Assembly: GCA_002189035.1 (NCBI GenBank)
Contig: NEEC01000009.1
Location: forward strand, 2,976,001 to 3,040,000
Length of the DNA stretch: 64,000 nt
Reading direction: 5' to 3'
Source of the DNA: Utricularia gibba
Taxonomy: Eukaryota; Plantae; Magnoliophyta
Below the pieces are notes generated by a model. The model was not told the origin of the DNA and made no database searches. It saw only the letters and a program-made list of their open reading frames with translations. Of the stretch, positions 27,669 to 42,000 are shown in pieces. The translations under genes and the position numbers were made by a program. Numbering within the stretch: position 1 is the first letter of the stretch; the number at the start of each line of letters is the position of its first letter.

Positions 27669-29967
27669 TCAGCTTACTTGTTTGTGTCTTTCTGCCAGAA
27701 CCCTGACCTTGTCGCTTGCAGCTTCTACACTTTCCATGAGCAACCTCATTTCATCCTTTAAGCTACGTTTCTCCGCTAATGAAAACTTCAACTGGTAATT
27801 CTCTAGTATGGCTACCATTATATCGAACTTCTGCCTTGTAAGTTGAATATCTGACATGAAATCATCATTCAGTTTGTTGGGAGCAGACTCGGCAGATGTA
27901 GCCTTCATTAGCCCACCGGATGTTTCCGCTGATTTCTCATGTCTGCAGGGACCTGGTTGTCTTCCACTCGTATTTGTTTTCGGAGATCTAACAGAGGCCA
28001 ATTTGGGTCTTTTGGCAGCAAGCTTCTCTTCTTCGACGCCAAGCAACCGGAGGGATTTTCTTCTCTTAATACTCATCTGTTTCTGATGTATCTCATCGTT
28101 TACACCATGTACATAAGTCGACTTTCTCAACGCAGATGTAAACGCATATACTGCATCAAGAGTACCTTCCCTGCTCAAATACATTGGATCAACAGCTGCA
28201 GTTTGGATTCCAGCCAACATTTCGTTCACAGGGGTAACAACATCGGACGGGGAGAAGCTCAGTTTCCCAACATCCAGCTCTGAACTTGGACCAAGGGAAA
28301 CATATTTATTCTGATGGATAACATCATTGCCATGCTGTTTCTCATTTGAAGACGAATTAGCAACATCTTGATGAGATGCTGAGGGGGTTTCAGAAACCAA
28401 AAATTCGTGATCTTCCTGATTCTGCTCATCTTTCCTTGGAGATTTTCCCGATTCAGCTTCCAGTTTAAAACTAGAAGATCCAACTCCCCATCCAGGAGAT
28501 ATGTATGGAGGAGACAAATACTTGCTCACCTTTCTTTCCCTAGGCGTAGATGCATTCTCTGAACCTTCTATTGTTTTGCTGGAATCATTTTCGACTGAAG
28601 CAACGGAGATACCATTTGGTTTTCCTGCCAAACCACCTTCTTCCGCACCAACTTCAATGCACAAATCAACGTCTCCAGGTTTTGAAGCCTCTCCAGTAAT
28701 CACATCAGGGGATTCAGAGACCTCAAGCTTCCTCTTACTCCCACTTTTCACTTTTGAAGAACCTCTTTCCCTACGACCTTTTTTGAAGGTCCAACACCAC
28801 CCTTCCCTCGACTGAAGATGAGTTTTTGGAATCTTTTCTCTCATTAAGGAAGGGTTTCTTCCGACTACGGACCTTGACACCGTTATCTTCACGCATTAGG
28901 TCGGCTACACTCTTCTGCTTCCTTCGATGGTAAATCTTGTCAGCCATTGCCTCCTGTGTCATTACATCATCAACTGCTGGTGAGGAATGCCAATCTTCGT
29001 CACTTGGACCAAGAATAGGAACTTCTATTGGAACACTAAAATCATCTGTTACTTCAGTAGCAGTGCCATTCACATCCTCCAAACCCTCCACATCATAATC
29101 ATGGTATTCGGGAAGTTGACGTTCCCCTTTTGCATAGAACATGGCAGCTAGCCACCCTCTCAGGGCAGCAAGCTCCAACAGATTGTCAACAGACAGAGTA
29201 ATCGCAACACTGTTCACTTTTGCAAGAACCTCAGCAGCAGCATAATAAGGAATAGATAGTCTCTGTATATCCGCGTCTGGAATTGGAACTCCCACTTTTG
29301 CCCCAGAATTTGAAGTGATCCGTTTAGCCAAGGTTTTTCTTCTATTGACAGACACACAACTGCATGTCATCTTAGATTCCAAATTTTTGCTAACTTCAAC
29401 AACAGCATCCTGCACAGCCTTCAAAAAAATCTTAGATGAACTACTCATCGACTTTTCATTAAAATTTTCAGTGAATGGAATCAGCTGTGCAGGAGCACAC
29501 CATGACCACGAGTCATCCCCAAAGAACGCTACGAGGAAGCAACCGTCCCTTCTATGCTTAATAGCAGCTTCTGAAGCATTATCGGAGTCATAGATCTGTC
29601 CTGGCCACCATGGATGACTCTTGATTTTGCCCCATACAAAATCCCCAGTCTTAAACTCGTGGTCTGAATTCTCCAAAATCTCATCAGAACCTTGTTCTCT
29701 TCCATTTGCGGTTAGATTCAGATTCATGTATTCATCATCCCCAATTGCTTCGCCAGCGGTACAAATCACCTTTGTATCTCTTTCGTTCTCAGCATCAAGA
29801 GAAACATCAACAGAGACCACGACATCAATCTCATCGACAGACGCCACTGCTTGACCATTAAGCATCCCATCCGTGGTACTCTTCTGATCATCCCTTTTCA
29901 AGTCAAAAGAATCATCATTTCTCTCTACTTTCGAGACTGGGTCACCAGTATCATCAAGACTCTTCAT
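27669..29967 (-). CDS. PWWP (Tudor/PWWP/MBT) chromatin protein, At5g40340/At3g27860-like, single exon with a frameshift at ~28779-28807
   Basis: PWWP core FKTGDFVWGKIKSHPWWPGQIYD...CFLVAFFGDDSWSWC and HRRKQKSVADL. The C-terminal half (KVSKYLSPPY) lies in a different, overlapping frame, with no intron-like sequence between the two. Confidence 0.88.
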
Positions 29968-31820
29968 TTAGCATACCAAGAAACAGTAGCCTCAAGTTTC
30001 AAACACACAAACTGTGAAATCACCAAAAAGAATCAATAAATGATGAGCCCAGCCGAGAATAAACAATATATAACAAGTACCCCTACCCACTAAAACGCAA
30101 ATCCTAATACCAAAATTATTCCTTCGACCTCACGAAGCATCAGCATGAAGCACAAGAAAACGAAGTTTCCTGACAAGAAGTCAAAAGGAAATTTTCGAAA
30201 ACTACCCCAGAATTGCTCACAAATAGGGCCCAAGAAAGAGGCAAATGCTTTCAACTAACTATAATCCCAAGAAACAGAAAATCAGCCGCGGGCATGGAAA
30301 TAATTACCAGCAGCAACCCCGAGAAATTAGGGTTTCGGTATTAAAAATTTAAACTCCCGAAGCTCCAGAGTCCACCCTTCGCTTCTGCACCGTTTCTCTT
30401 CAATAAGAAGAAACAAGAAAAAATGAACGCCTAAGGTGAAGCAGAAGCACTCGTAAGCAAAAAATTCCGCCGTTGACGCCAAATTCCGTAGTTGCTAGAG
30501 AAGGAAGCAGTAGCGAAGATGCCAAGATTCTCCGCTTGTGCGCAAGCCGTGGTGACCTGAGAGAGGACGAGAAGAGAAAATCGCCGGCGACCGGCAAGTT
30601 GCTTCGCCGAGCTAAGCTGAGATCAGTCAAAATGCAAATAGACACACAGGTGGCCTTAATTCCAAACCAGGAGTCGACGTGGCACGACCCTACCTAGCGC
30701 GTCGCTCCCACCGACCTCTAATTCGCATTTTTACCCCTTTCCTTTTTTTGCTTTTTTGAGTAAAGCTTTCCAGATTTTGTACGGCACGGAGTCGTTTTCA
30801 GGGAAAAGGAATATTTCGGAAAGGGTATTTCCTTGACAATGGTCTCTTTAAAAGAGACTTGGTCAACTCAAACCATACCCATGCCACATCATCAATTTTG
30901 TTATAAAAATATAATTTTTCATTTCTTTTTATATTATCTTTAATATTCTTATTTTATAGATTTTCTAGATTTTTTCCCAATTTCAAACATCAAATTGTGC
31001 ATGTTGTTTTGCAAAGATGTACATCACATAAAGTATGTATAAAAAAAAAATTATCAACCAATTTTTTTAATATAAATTATGATGATTTTCATTTTACATA
31101 TCATATCATTTCGAAACTCGTTCCCAACCAATTGCGTTATCCATAAAAATACACACATGATATTTCTTTAATTAAAAAAAGTCTTAGCTCATGTATATTA
31201 CTAGTTGAACTTATAACTAATTTCGTTCTATACATCAAACTTTTAGAATTACACATCTTTAGTACGGAGACTATAATCATTTTAGTCAATTACTATAGAC
31301 TAAAGTTTTCATTTTGGTACGAAAGTCGGAGTCTTGAAGCAACCCCTCCAATTTTGTAGCCCATGGGCATGAAAAGTTTGGAGTGGCGAGGAGGTGGAGA
31401 GAATTGGGGCACGATGGCTGGGGTTGTGAGGTGTAACCGACGGATTCATTGCCAAGAGTAAATGCCATCCTTTGAGGAGTCAAAGCTTGGATTAAGTGGC
31501 TCCATTTAGAATTAGGAATGGGTGGATAAATGCAATTTATTTCCTAATAAATCATGCATTGTATACACTACACTGCACACCCCTTTCTCGTCTTAATCAT
31601 GGAGATGCAGGCTGCTGTTGAAGTCCAGCAGTCACATATGAGCTCCTTCTCTCTCTCTTCCTGGCCGTAGGATGAGAATCCAGGGATGTTGATGCGTTGC
31701 CAACCCTAATCCTCCCTGTCATAACACACGAGGGCTTCTTATTCTGGCTACAGGGCTCGGTTTTCCAGTTGTTTTGGTTTTTTCACAGTCCCCAAGTTGC
31801 TGTGTTTTTCTTTTTATTGC

Positions 31821-33150
31821 ATGGAGTTCGATGCATTTGATCATCATCATCAGGAGCTTTTTCAGCAACATGTTCCTCACACGGAGGATTATGATCTGAT
31901 CTGTTGCTCACCCCATGCGTTGGACCTTGATCATGATCATCATTTTATGGTGGATGGGGGAGCCTCATCAACCGCCGCCGGTTCCATGTTCTACTCCTCC
32001 TTCTTCAACCCGTTTCAAGCTTGCTTCGAGAAAGTTCCATCTCCGGCCGATGCTCATCTCATCCACCAACTGCATGATATCGATCATCATCAACTTCAGC
32101 ATCCCGCTTCTGGGGTTTTTGTCGATCCGTATCATCACTGCTACCCGGAAGCCGATCTGGTAGATGAAGACTGGGTCAAGAAACCGGATCCCACTATGAA
32201 AAATGAGACCAGGAACAAGAACCGCCTCGAGCCGAAACGGAAACGGATTGTCCATAAGAGGAAGGAGATAATCAAAGGGCAATGGACGCGTGAAGAAGAT
32301 GGGTGCGTAAATTTGATGCTTACTTCTGCTTCTGGTTGATTTTCTTTGAAGTGTTGTGTGTTTTGGTGCATTTTGTTAGGTTACTGATAGAGCTTGTGGA
32401 GAAGCATGGAGTCAGGAAATGGTCTGCCATCGCTCAAATGCTTCCAGGAAGAATCGGAAAGCAGTGCAGAGAACGATGGCACAACCATCTGAAGCCTGAT
32501 ATTAAGGTTCTACTCCTCGTTGGCATATTTGCTTCCATTTTCGATCTACGGTTTTGATTTCGTGGATTCCACTCTTGTTGGAAACATATATAACTATTAA
32601 TCGCATTCCATTAGTTGAAAAGATGCAATCTTGGGAAGTTGCAGATCAAATTCATAGTGCAAAATGATCACAGAAACCCTAAAATAACTGACTTGACGTT
32701 TGGTTGCAGAAGGATCGTTGGTCGGAGGAAGAAGACATGATTCTGATCGAAGCCCACAGACGGGTAGGCAACAAATGGGCAGAAATCGCTCGAAGCCTCC
32801 CCGGCAGAAGCGAAAACACAATAAAAAACCATTGGAATGCTACCAAGAGAAGGCAGCTTTCACTCTCCTGTCGCAAGAGCACGACATCCAAGTCTGTGAC
32901 TCCATTGCAGAATTACATCAGAAGCCTTCTTCTCCTCTCAAAGGACAAGGACGCAGACAAGGGTAGTCGCAGCTACATGCAGAACTCAACTCCGACTTCG
33001 CAAAGCAACAACAGCAAAAATGTAGACGCCGGGAATCTCGAAACTGAGGAAGCGTTCCATATGATGGATGAGCAGATGGAGCTTGATTTGCAGAAGGAGA
33101 TGGATTTCATGCAAATGCTATCATCGTATGGTGGGTATATCAATGTGTGA
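31821..33150 (+). CDS. R2R3-MYB transcription factor, subgroup 25 (MYB98/MYB115/MYB118/MYB119-like); exons 31821-32302, 32380-32506, 32710-33150
   Basis: Centrally placed MYB repeats IKGQWTREEDG|LLIELVEKHGVRKWSAIAQMLPGRIGKQCRERWHNHLKPDIK|KDRWSEEED...GNKWAEIARSLPGRSENTIKNHWNATKRRQ. C-terminal KEMDFMQML motif. Confidence 0.95.
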
Positions 33151-34259
33151 GCCTTGTCTTCTTCTACCTCCGGTCTGGGTAGATGTTGCTGAACTTTTAC
33201 CACGGTGAAATTTTGATTCCACTCAACTGTATGAATGTTCTATGCTGGACATATAATCTACTGTGTTCCAACTTTGCTGACCACTTTCTCTAAGAGTTCA
33301 TCACTTTGATTATTTTAGTACAAAAATGAGTCTTTGAGGTCATGTTTAGTCTTTTATATTTTTTTTTTTATTGACATAATTAGTGGACATATAAAACTTC
33401 AAAATTTTTGATTTATTGAGAAAAATTAATTTTGAATATTTCCATACTCACTATTTATGTTAGATATAATTAGTTTATATTATTAAAGAATTGAATTTAT
33501 TTAATCTTTGGCATTTTAATATTTGATAAAATTGATATAATACAAATCAATTTTGGCGTAATGAAAAATAGTATAGATCAATTTTATTTATCTGACTTTA
33601 AAATAGTGAAATTTAATTATATATAATTTTTAAATATTGAGTATAAATAAATAATAATTCTTTAGAAATCAATTTGAGAAAACGGCTAGGACTATCTCCT
33701 TAATTTTTGCATTGCAAAATCTTGATCAATGCACTACTCTTTTTCATTGTGAATTTTTTAGTATCATCATTATGAATTTGAGTGCTTGCTTGCTGGTTTC
33801 TTCAACGCATATTATAAATTTGAGCATTATTATTTTAAATGTGTGATAAAAATAAATACTATATATATAAAATTTTGATCGTAATACATGAAATAAAAAA
33901 GTCTGATGACCGTTTTTTTTTAAATGACCCAATTGGAACATCAGACTGGTTAAGGTGGAGAAATCAAAAGTTGGTTAGCAAGTGATTCTTCATAACAGAG
34001 ACTTGCAAAAGAGCCACAATTGAACTACACATTTTGCTGCAACAATTTTCATGGAGAAGGCAGCACAAGTCTCTCCAAGAGATAACGAGGGCCACCTTGC
34101 GAGCCAAAAAAAAGGGCTTCCAAAATCAAGACAATTTAGTATACGGAGAACATTCAAAGGTTTCTGCAAAATGAACAGCCACTGGGGGGAGACCTCTGTG
34201 TTCTTCCGTTTGCAAGATCAACATCCGCGTCTGGAGGCAGATTCAGTAATTTGTCAATA

Positions 34260-34271
34260 GGGGGGGGGGGG
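34260..34271 (+). repeat. poly(G)12 tract just downstream of the DnaJ gene
   Basis: Direct reading. Confidence 0.9.
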
Positions 34272-34373
34272 CAAAAGAGCAATGGTAGAAAAATGGAGGT
34301 CCACTGTCTGCTGGGAAGTTAAGTTCTTCACCCTGATAAGATGATCATAAAGTCACTAAATGGTGAACTCTAC

Positions 34374-36622
34374 CTACTGAGCCTTGAGAATATTAACAGC
34401 CTGCCCATTACTTGGGATATCACTATTTTCATAAGAGATGTGCGAACCTTCTGCACAAGTATCTACATTTTCGGAATGCGCAGGAGCCTCACTGCCTTCT
34501 GGTATTACCTGAAGGAGTTCCATGGGTGTGGCTGCTGGATCCAGTTCGAGGCATCCTATGGGAGCATTTTTAGATTCTAATCCAGTAAGTATATGGTAAG
34601 GTACTCGGTGAGAAAATCGGAACATCTCTTCCCTGGGTATCCTCCTTGTTGCATGTTTCTCCAGAATCGGTCTAAATACTGTTTTAAAACCACACACCTT
34701 CAGGAGGGTAACAACAAGCACGCCCTGTTCCTCATTGTAGTCCTCGAGCACATTCACCATCTCATACTTGTGAATGATTTCATCTGGAGTATCCTCGTTC
34801 CAGTCAGATGACCAATTTTTATAGAGAGCCCACACATCGCCTCGTTTAGGGTATATCAGGATACTGCCACGTGCGGTTTTCTGCACATCAAATTTCTGAC
34901 AAAATACATTGATTGATTTGTAGATCTCATATCTGGTCACCCTGAACTCACCGCATGTTTTGTAGAAACCTGATCCCACCCAATCCATGGTGCTGAATTC
35001 ACTGTTGGATTTTGACGTGAGCCAGCTAATCCTTACCTTGAATGGTTTCCTAGAAATCACCTTGTTAACAAGTGCATAAAAACGTGGCATTCCATCTTCA
35101 TCATCATAACCAGACCAAACTTCACCATCTCCAAAAGAAGTTTCTGCCCTATCCTGGTCAAAGTCATGGAAATCAGGATCTGGGACACTCATAGCTGCAG
35201 CAGTATTATCAACAGATTGACCCCCTTTGGGTTGATCAACCTCTTTTGTTGAAGATGAATCATCATTGCCTTTCCCATCACCTGTTTCAGCATTACACAT
35301 GTTTCCAACTTTTATTTTCTTACCCTGTTTAATCATGATTTCTGCCTTGCTTCCAACTCTAATTTTTATTCCAGAAATAAGCTTATTACGGATTTCAGAC
35401 AGGGCCTTTAACATAATCATTTGGCGAGTTTCAGTAGGAGTCAAATCCCGAATACTGTTTGGCTGCTTAGACGGGCCAGAATAGCCACAAATCTTTGATT
35501 CCATGCCAATTTCGCAAGTACTTCCAAATCCACCATTTCTTGGTTGCATATGTTGAGAGTTCATTCTGCGTTGACCACAGTCACTATCTACCTTATTCTT
35601 CTTGATACCCAAGTCCCCATCATGTGTGGCCATGATTCATCGTACGGCCTTTTAAGTTTATCATGTGCCCTCTGATCAACATTCTTGGCTTTGGCAGCAG
35701 AAGGATCGCCATGAACACCACTTGATCCAGCCATAGAATCCACTTGACTTGTGGCAGATCGAAACAGATGCGGATCTGCTTGCATGTGTACTGAATTTTG
35801 AGAACTCATTGCATTCTTGCCTGTGCTATAAGCATTTTGACTGGACATATACTCAGTAAGATTTCGTTGGCGTTGCCGAGGTAGCTGACTGGGTGGTTTA
35901 GGAAAATTCTGTGGTGGAGCTGTCTCAGAAGCCATGAAAGCACCACGACAATTTGGACAAAGAAGAGTTTGGTTGAGATACCTTTTAAGATATTCATAGT
36001 GCATCTTGCATTGGTGACATATGGTCCAAAAAGTATCAGTTCTCTGCTGGGAAAGTTTCTGGGGCAGGTTAATAGGCGGCTTTGTGCTGAGGTTTGGGGG
36101 CTTTGTGGTATGGTTTTGAGGCTTTGTAACTGAAGTAGTCTTTCCAGAAAAGTTGAAGACCCCATTAGCCCTGGGAGCCGCAGATACACCACCAGCACAC
36201 ATATGATCTTTCTGCAAGAATCCTTTAAAACCCCTTCGCTGATTATAAGCCAACCTCTTGACCTTATCTGACAACATGCTCCAGGCTTCTGAGACAAGCT
36301 TAAATGCACCATCTGCACCAACAGATTTATTTTTATCAGGATGTAGCAAAAGAGCAAACTTCCTATACTGTTTTCTTATTGTTTCCTCATCTGCCAAGGG
36401 GTTCACTTCTAGTATTCCATACCAGTCGACCTCACCACTAACTTTATTTTCTGCAGAAGCGTACACATCAATTGTTTTGATCAATTGGGAAATCCCATCC
36501 ATATCTGGGTACAGAGTCTGGGCCTTCAAGGCAAATTTCTTTGCACCAGTAAATTCCTTTTTCTCAAACTTGCTCTCAGCAATACATTTTGCTCTGGCAG
36601 CCTCATCTCTGTTGCACTCCAT
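34374..36622 (-). CDS. DnaJ-domain protein with Zn-ribbon and DUF3444 (At5g53150-like); apparent 1-bp deletion at 35615-35618
   Basis: MECNRDEAARAK start, J-domain with LHPDKNK, FWTICHQC...LCPNC Zn ribbon. DUF3444 (DFHDFDQDR, YDDEDGMPRFYA, IYPKRGDVWALYKNW, LELDPAATP) lies in an overlapping second frame. Confidence 0.92.
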
Positions 36623-39091
36623 TGACTTTGGATGACGAACTCCTTAGCATGTCATTCTGAATAGCAATAGAACGAAATGGGTGGAGCATGTGACTCTCTG
36701 ATAACCATATATGATGATATTCAAAAAGAAGACATGCTGGACAGCAACCTTGGTACAGAGGAGAACTTGAGGAATCTACTCAGCAGATTCCTGGTTAACA
36801 AAAGAAGTTAGATTGAATTGCATCATAGATATCTAAGCAGGATATAAATAAATTGCTGCATTAAAAAAATGTTTCATGATACTATCAAGAACCCCCATGG
36901 TATGAAAAATTAACAGCACCATATTCCTTAATTTATAGCATACTAAAACAATATCAGAAAGCTAAGAAAGAAAATTCACGATATTTGAGTAATCGCTCAT
37001 ATAATCCGACAAGGAAGGAAATGTAGGTTTCAGCAAGCCAAGGTAACCTGCAATAACAGGGGCAATCAAGATAAACCATTAGAGACCATCATTCACAGAA
37101 CCACCACTAAAACAGAGACGTAGGAACACTAATAAAACCAAAGTTTGAAAATATTAGCTGCCATAAAATCTATTCGCTCTGCATGAAGAATATCTGCACA
37201 TCCTATATCCACAGTCGAAGTGATGCCACCGATAAATTCCAATGAAGTGGAATTAATAAGAGAAGATAAATCAAAAGAAAGAACACTTTATGCTTCAAAA
37301 GAACAGTAACAGATCACTCAAACAACAGCTGATTAAAAAATCTATCAATAGCCAGAACAACAATGAATACATAAAGGAGGGTGGGGGAAGCAGCAAAACT
37401 GGAGATCGGTATTCCTGAAAATGCTGCATTGCATCATGAAGTACAGATGGAGGGTAAGCGTACAATATAAAATAAACATAATAACTCGAGGCTGAAGTGA
37501 TCAACAAATACAAAAAATCAAATGGCAAAAACGAACCAAACAAAATAGCATAATCAAGCCCATGAACGACAGAGTACTCAAAAACATGATCTATGACTAC
37601 CCAACCAAAACATTCACAATCCCAAGTCTTGAATCCACATTTGCATCCAGTTCACCAAACCCAACTTTATCATCAAATTTTGATTAAGTAACAAGAAATA
37701 TTACCACTCGGTTTTCTAAAAGTGCACCAGCGGCAGAAATCAATCGTTTTTCAAATTGAAAAAGCTAAGTGCCAAGTTTTCAAGTCAAATTTTCCCGTCG
37801 ACAAGGAAATCTGATCTGTCCGGGACAACTAAAATTGAAATTACTGGTCTAGGGTTCTGCTTTACTTTTTAGCAAACCTTTAAGCTGCCTAGAGTTAACT
37901 AACTCTAGTTAGTTCACAATAAAACTAACCACACATTGAGTTACTTTGCTTCTGGATTCATTTTTTTAAACACATCTTTTTAAGATGCAAATTTTCTGAA
38001 AAATTTTGTAAAAAAAACACACACACACACACACATACAAGTTGAAAAAGATATTTCCTATAAAATTAAAAGTATTTCTTTATTTAAGTACATCATTTCT
38101 TTTATTAGTATTTAATATGAAATATCATCATCCAACTTCTAATCTTATAATATGTTTGCCAGGTGATTTTTAATATAATATTATGATACTAATTATTCAT
38201 TTTAAGTATAAATACCACTCAATCATGTTGTTTATTTCAACTTGTGCAAAATTTTTTTATAATCTGTAAAAATAGAGGACAAATATGAAAAAAAAATTCA
38301 AACATCATTTATTTATTTATTAAATATAGTTTTTTTCACAAAAATCAATGTAATATAAACATTAAAAATTAATAAATACTAATAATAAATAAAATAATAA
38401 TTTTAAACAATAAAATATCAGTTATCAATGTACAACAAATTGCAAATCCTAATGTCACAGTTGTATTCCGATGGTCGGTTTTTATGGACGCGCGCGGAGC
38501 GTGTGTGGCGAAGTCGTTGCACCGCTTCCTTGCACGCAACTTCCACACGCGCTTGCGCCATATATCGCCTCTCGTTCCGATTTTTCGGCGTTCCGCTCCG
38601 CTGCCTTCAATGTCTAAACCGGTGAGCTGCGCCGGATGCTCCATCTCTTTCTTTTTCCTGTAATTTTCTTGGGGGAATTGTACTTGCTCCAACGGCTGTT
38701 GATCCTTTGATGTTGACCTTTTCCGGGTAATATTATGCAGTTCTGGTTTTTCTTTATCTTTTTTGACGGACGTTTTTGTTGGGTTTGCTTGCGCTGTTAG
38801 TGAGCAAGAAAGGCCAGGGAGCTATTCCGCTGATCAAGAAAAAGAAGAGTCATGTGTTTTTTTAGTAATGTATTTGCGATCAAACTTTGTTTTGTATTTT
38901 CTATGCAAATCTGTGGGATTCAATTGAAACTGGTAGTGTCTTAAACAAAAATCTAAAAACTGCAAAAAAAGCTCTTTTTGTACAGTTTCAATACTGTTTT
39001 AGTTCATGGTGATGTGGTTGGATGATTCACTGACCGTGCTTTTTTCTTTGCAACTTGAATTTAAAGTGAGTAAAAACTCCAGCAGCTTGCA

Positions 39092-42000
39092 ATGGCCTTG
39101 TTTGACGGTTTAAGGACATATTTATCCCCTGAGGCGCCTCTCTGTATATTATGGAATTCTGGAAGATCTTGGAGGCCACAGACGATTAGTCCGATGACTA
39201 CCAGGAATCAGAGTAATATCAGTTGCTTTTCTATGAGAGAAAATGGTGTCCAAAAATTAGGATCTTTGGATCATTCTAGCGTAACTAGTTGGGAAGAAAA
39301 TGATCTGAGCCATGTCATAAAGTTCAAGATGTCAGACTTCAAGATTCATGATTATGTGAGCATTGGACTTGGGCATCGTGTATGTGCAATTTTATGCCAA
39401 TGTTAGTTTCATTCCTACTGGTTTATTGTAGTTGCAACTTAGGTTTTTAGATGTCATGTAGGCTGATGAGTTAATATATGAAGCCACCGTCCAGGAAGCT
39501 AGTAGGTAACAATTTCTGGAATTCCAAGAAGCTGGTCATCAATGAGACAATGATTAAGATTTTTGAATTGTAACATTTGTTTCCTCTTAGCAATACAGTC
39601 CACTTTTTAATACAAGAGTTGTGCTTCGGAGATTTCTATCTAAGCACGCTCGGCGTAGGGGAAGAAGAGCAATAGAGGTGTAATTTGTGATACTGTTTCA
39701 TGTACTTAAAAATGATGACGTTAGTTTCATGTTGGTTTTTTCTGATTAGGATTTTTTATAGGTACTGAAAAGGCTTGCTGGTAGAAGATTGTTGTACCAT
39801 TCTTATTCCATGCAAGTTCATGGTTATGCATGCTTGCCGACAGTTGGTGATGGTGATTCATTTATGCTAGTGCACGGAGTAGGTTTCTTGCTTTCATATA
39901 GAATATTTTTTTTCCATTGAAAATCTTGCTACTTATCTATTTAATCCAGGAATTACTGTGTATCCGTTGCAAATTTTTTTATTTGTCTTTTTGGCCAGGA
40001 ATTACTTAGTATTTGAATCACTGAAGGCATATTTAAATCTATATCTGTATCTTCGCATGCATAGATTTTGTTTATGCAATAATTAATTGATAGAAGGGCC
40101 GTGATATTTAGTGCAATTAATGTGTTGTTGGGGTAAGAAAATTTGCTGGAATCGTGAATGAATATTATTTGTGCCTTCTAGCTCAATACCCTAGCAATTG
40201 AGTATCTGCCTTCCCTTCGTTGTAGTGCCATGGCAGTTCTTCTTTGAGACATTTGCTTCAACAGTCAGATTGGCTTCCAGCATTGGAAGCTGCACTTGCT
40301 TTAGATCAGGGGTCGGCAAAAAGGGTTGGAGATTATAAAGTAGGAGGATCAGAAGTGTCACGCCAGTTGCACCTTGTTCGCATCTTGATGAGAGATTTAT
40401 TAATTGGAGTACTCACTTTTTCGATTTTTGAAACGAATTTTGTGTTTCCTTTCCTAATTGTGACAGATTGATCATTCTCTGAAGTTTTCAATATCATTGT
40501 ATTAGGTGAACTACTTGCATAGCCATGGACTTGCGCATACAGAGTTGAGGCTTGAAAATTTGCATATTAGCCCTGTGGACAAACATATCAAAGTAAGAAC
40601 TGTGCATTTCGTTTGGGTTAAAAACATAATGACATGAAATTTCATTAGTCTTCATTTTTTCGTGCCATTTTAGGTAGGAATATTGGGGAATGCAGCAGAT
40701 TTTTACGATTGTAGTCTGGCGAATAATAATAGTGAAGTTGAACGTAATACTGATAGACGACGAATGATGATTGCATTTGACATGAGGTATGAGTTAGATC
40801 CCTCCATATTCCAAAACATAACGTAGTCATAAACACCTGTCTGAACTTCTTTCAGATGCGTTGGATTTGTGATGGCCAAAATGGTTCTAAGAGACCTCAT
40901 GAATCCAAATGTTTTTGCCCAGCTCAAAGGATTCCTATCCAAGGTAGTCCATTTTCATGTTGCATGGCATTCTTGGTGATTTCTGTTTACTCTTCGCACA
41001 GAGGTGTTGTGTATATCTCTTTTTTTTCTTTTTTTCAATTCATGGTGTTTGTCCACAGGGAAATGATCCCTCATGCTTGCGTGACTTTCTGATGCGATTA
41101 GTAAACCAAAGCTCTGCCACTGGAAATAGGGGATTCAAAGTAAAAGTGATGTCGAATTTTTAGAATGCTATTCTTTTCTTTTAGATCCTTTTGATGCTTA
41201 TTTGGAACTCTACAGATGCTTGATAGAAACTGGGGTGCGGGTTGGCACTTGCTCTCATTACTTCTTGCAACGAAACCTTCACGGATAACAAGGTATCTTG
41301 TAGATTGCAGTAAATGCAACAGTCACTTTCTGGATGGCAGAATGTATTCATCCGTGTGTGCTCTACCTCCTTTCAAAGTTGCATAGATGCTTTGAGGCAT
41401 CCTTTCCTGTGTGGACCAAAATGGCGTGTGAACCCCGACATTGAAATGATCAGATGGAGTCTTGGCTCGACCGCCATGCGCATCACCGAGGAGTACATCT
41501 ACGCTCATCAGCAGGTATTGTGGAATTTGTTTATCAAGACCAAAATTTCAATTTTCAAAATATATGATAGAGATCCAGGTTCATATGAATCCCAGTCATT
41601 GAGTCATGTTTCGCAGCAGATTATTGCAACAAAATCCTCCATGGACTTTTCTCAATTGCAATTTCTTTCCATTTTTCAGCGAAGGAAAATCGCACATTTC
41701 ATTGAACTGATGGAGATGCTAAACCCTCATTCAAGACCAAGGGTAACCGATTGATCCACGATATTTGTTTCCTTACACCTTCCCCATTTCCACCATTGAC
41801 TTGGAACCCTCTACCTGACCCTCCGCCAGGATTGGTTGTCAATGCTTCCGGGAAACTGGCGCCTTCTGTACAGCACTGGGCGGCATGTTGGGCTGACCCT
41901 CCGCCAGTCCCAGCACCGTGTTCTCATCAGCCAGGTGCATCTGAAAGTAAATAAGCTTTCCACTTCACAGGCAACTTTTAGCATAGAATCCAGGATACGG

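Noticed and set aside
41293-41378. FBN11 intron with a GTATCTTG donor and AAG acceptor as a third U12 intron
   Set aside because: The donor deviates at +6 and +8, and there is no TCCTTRAY branch site at the right distance. It is more likely an ordinary U2 intron.
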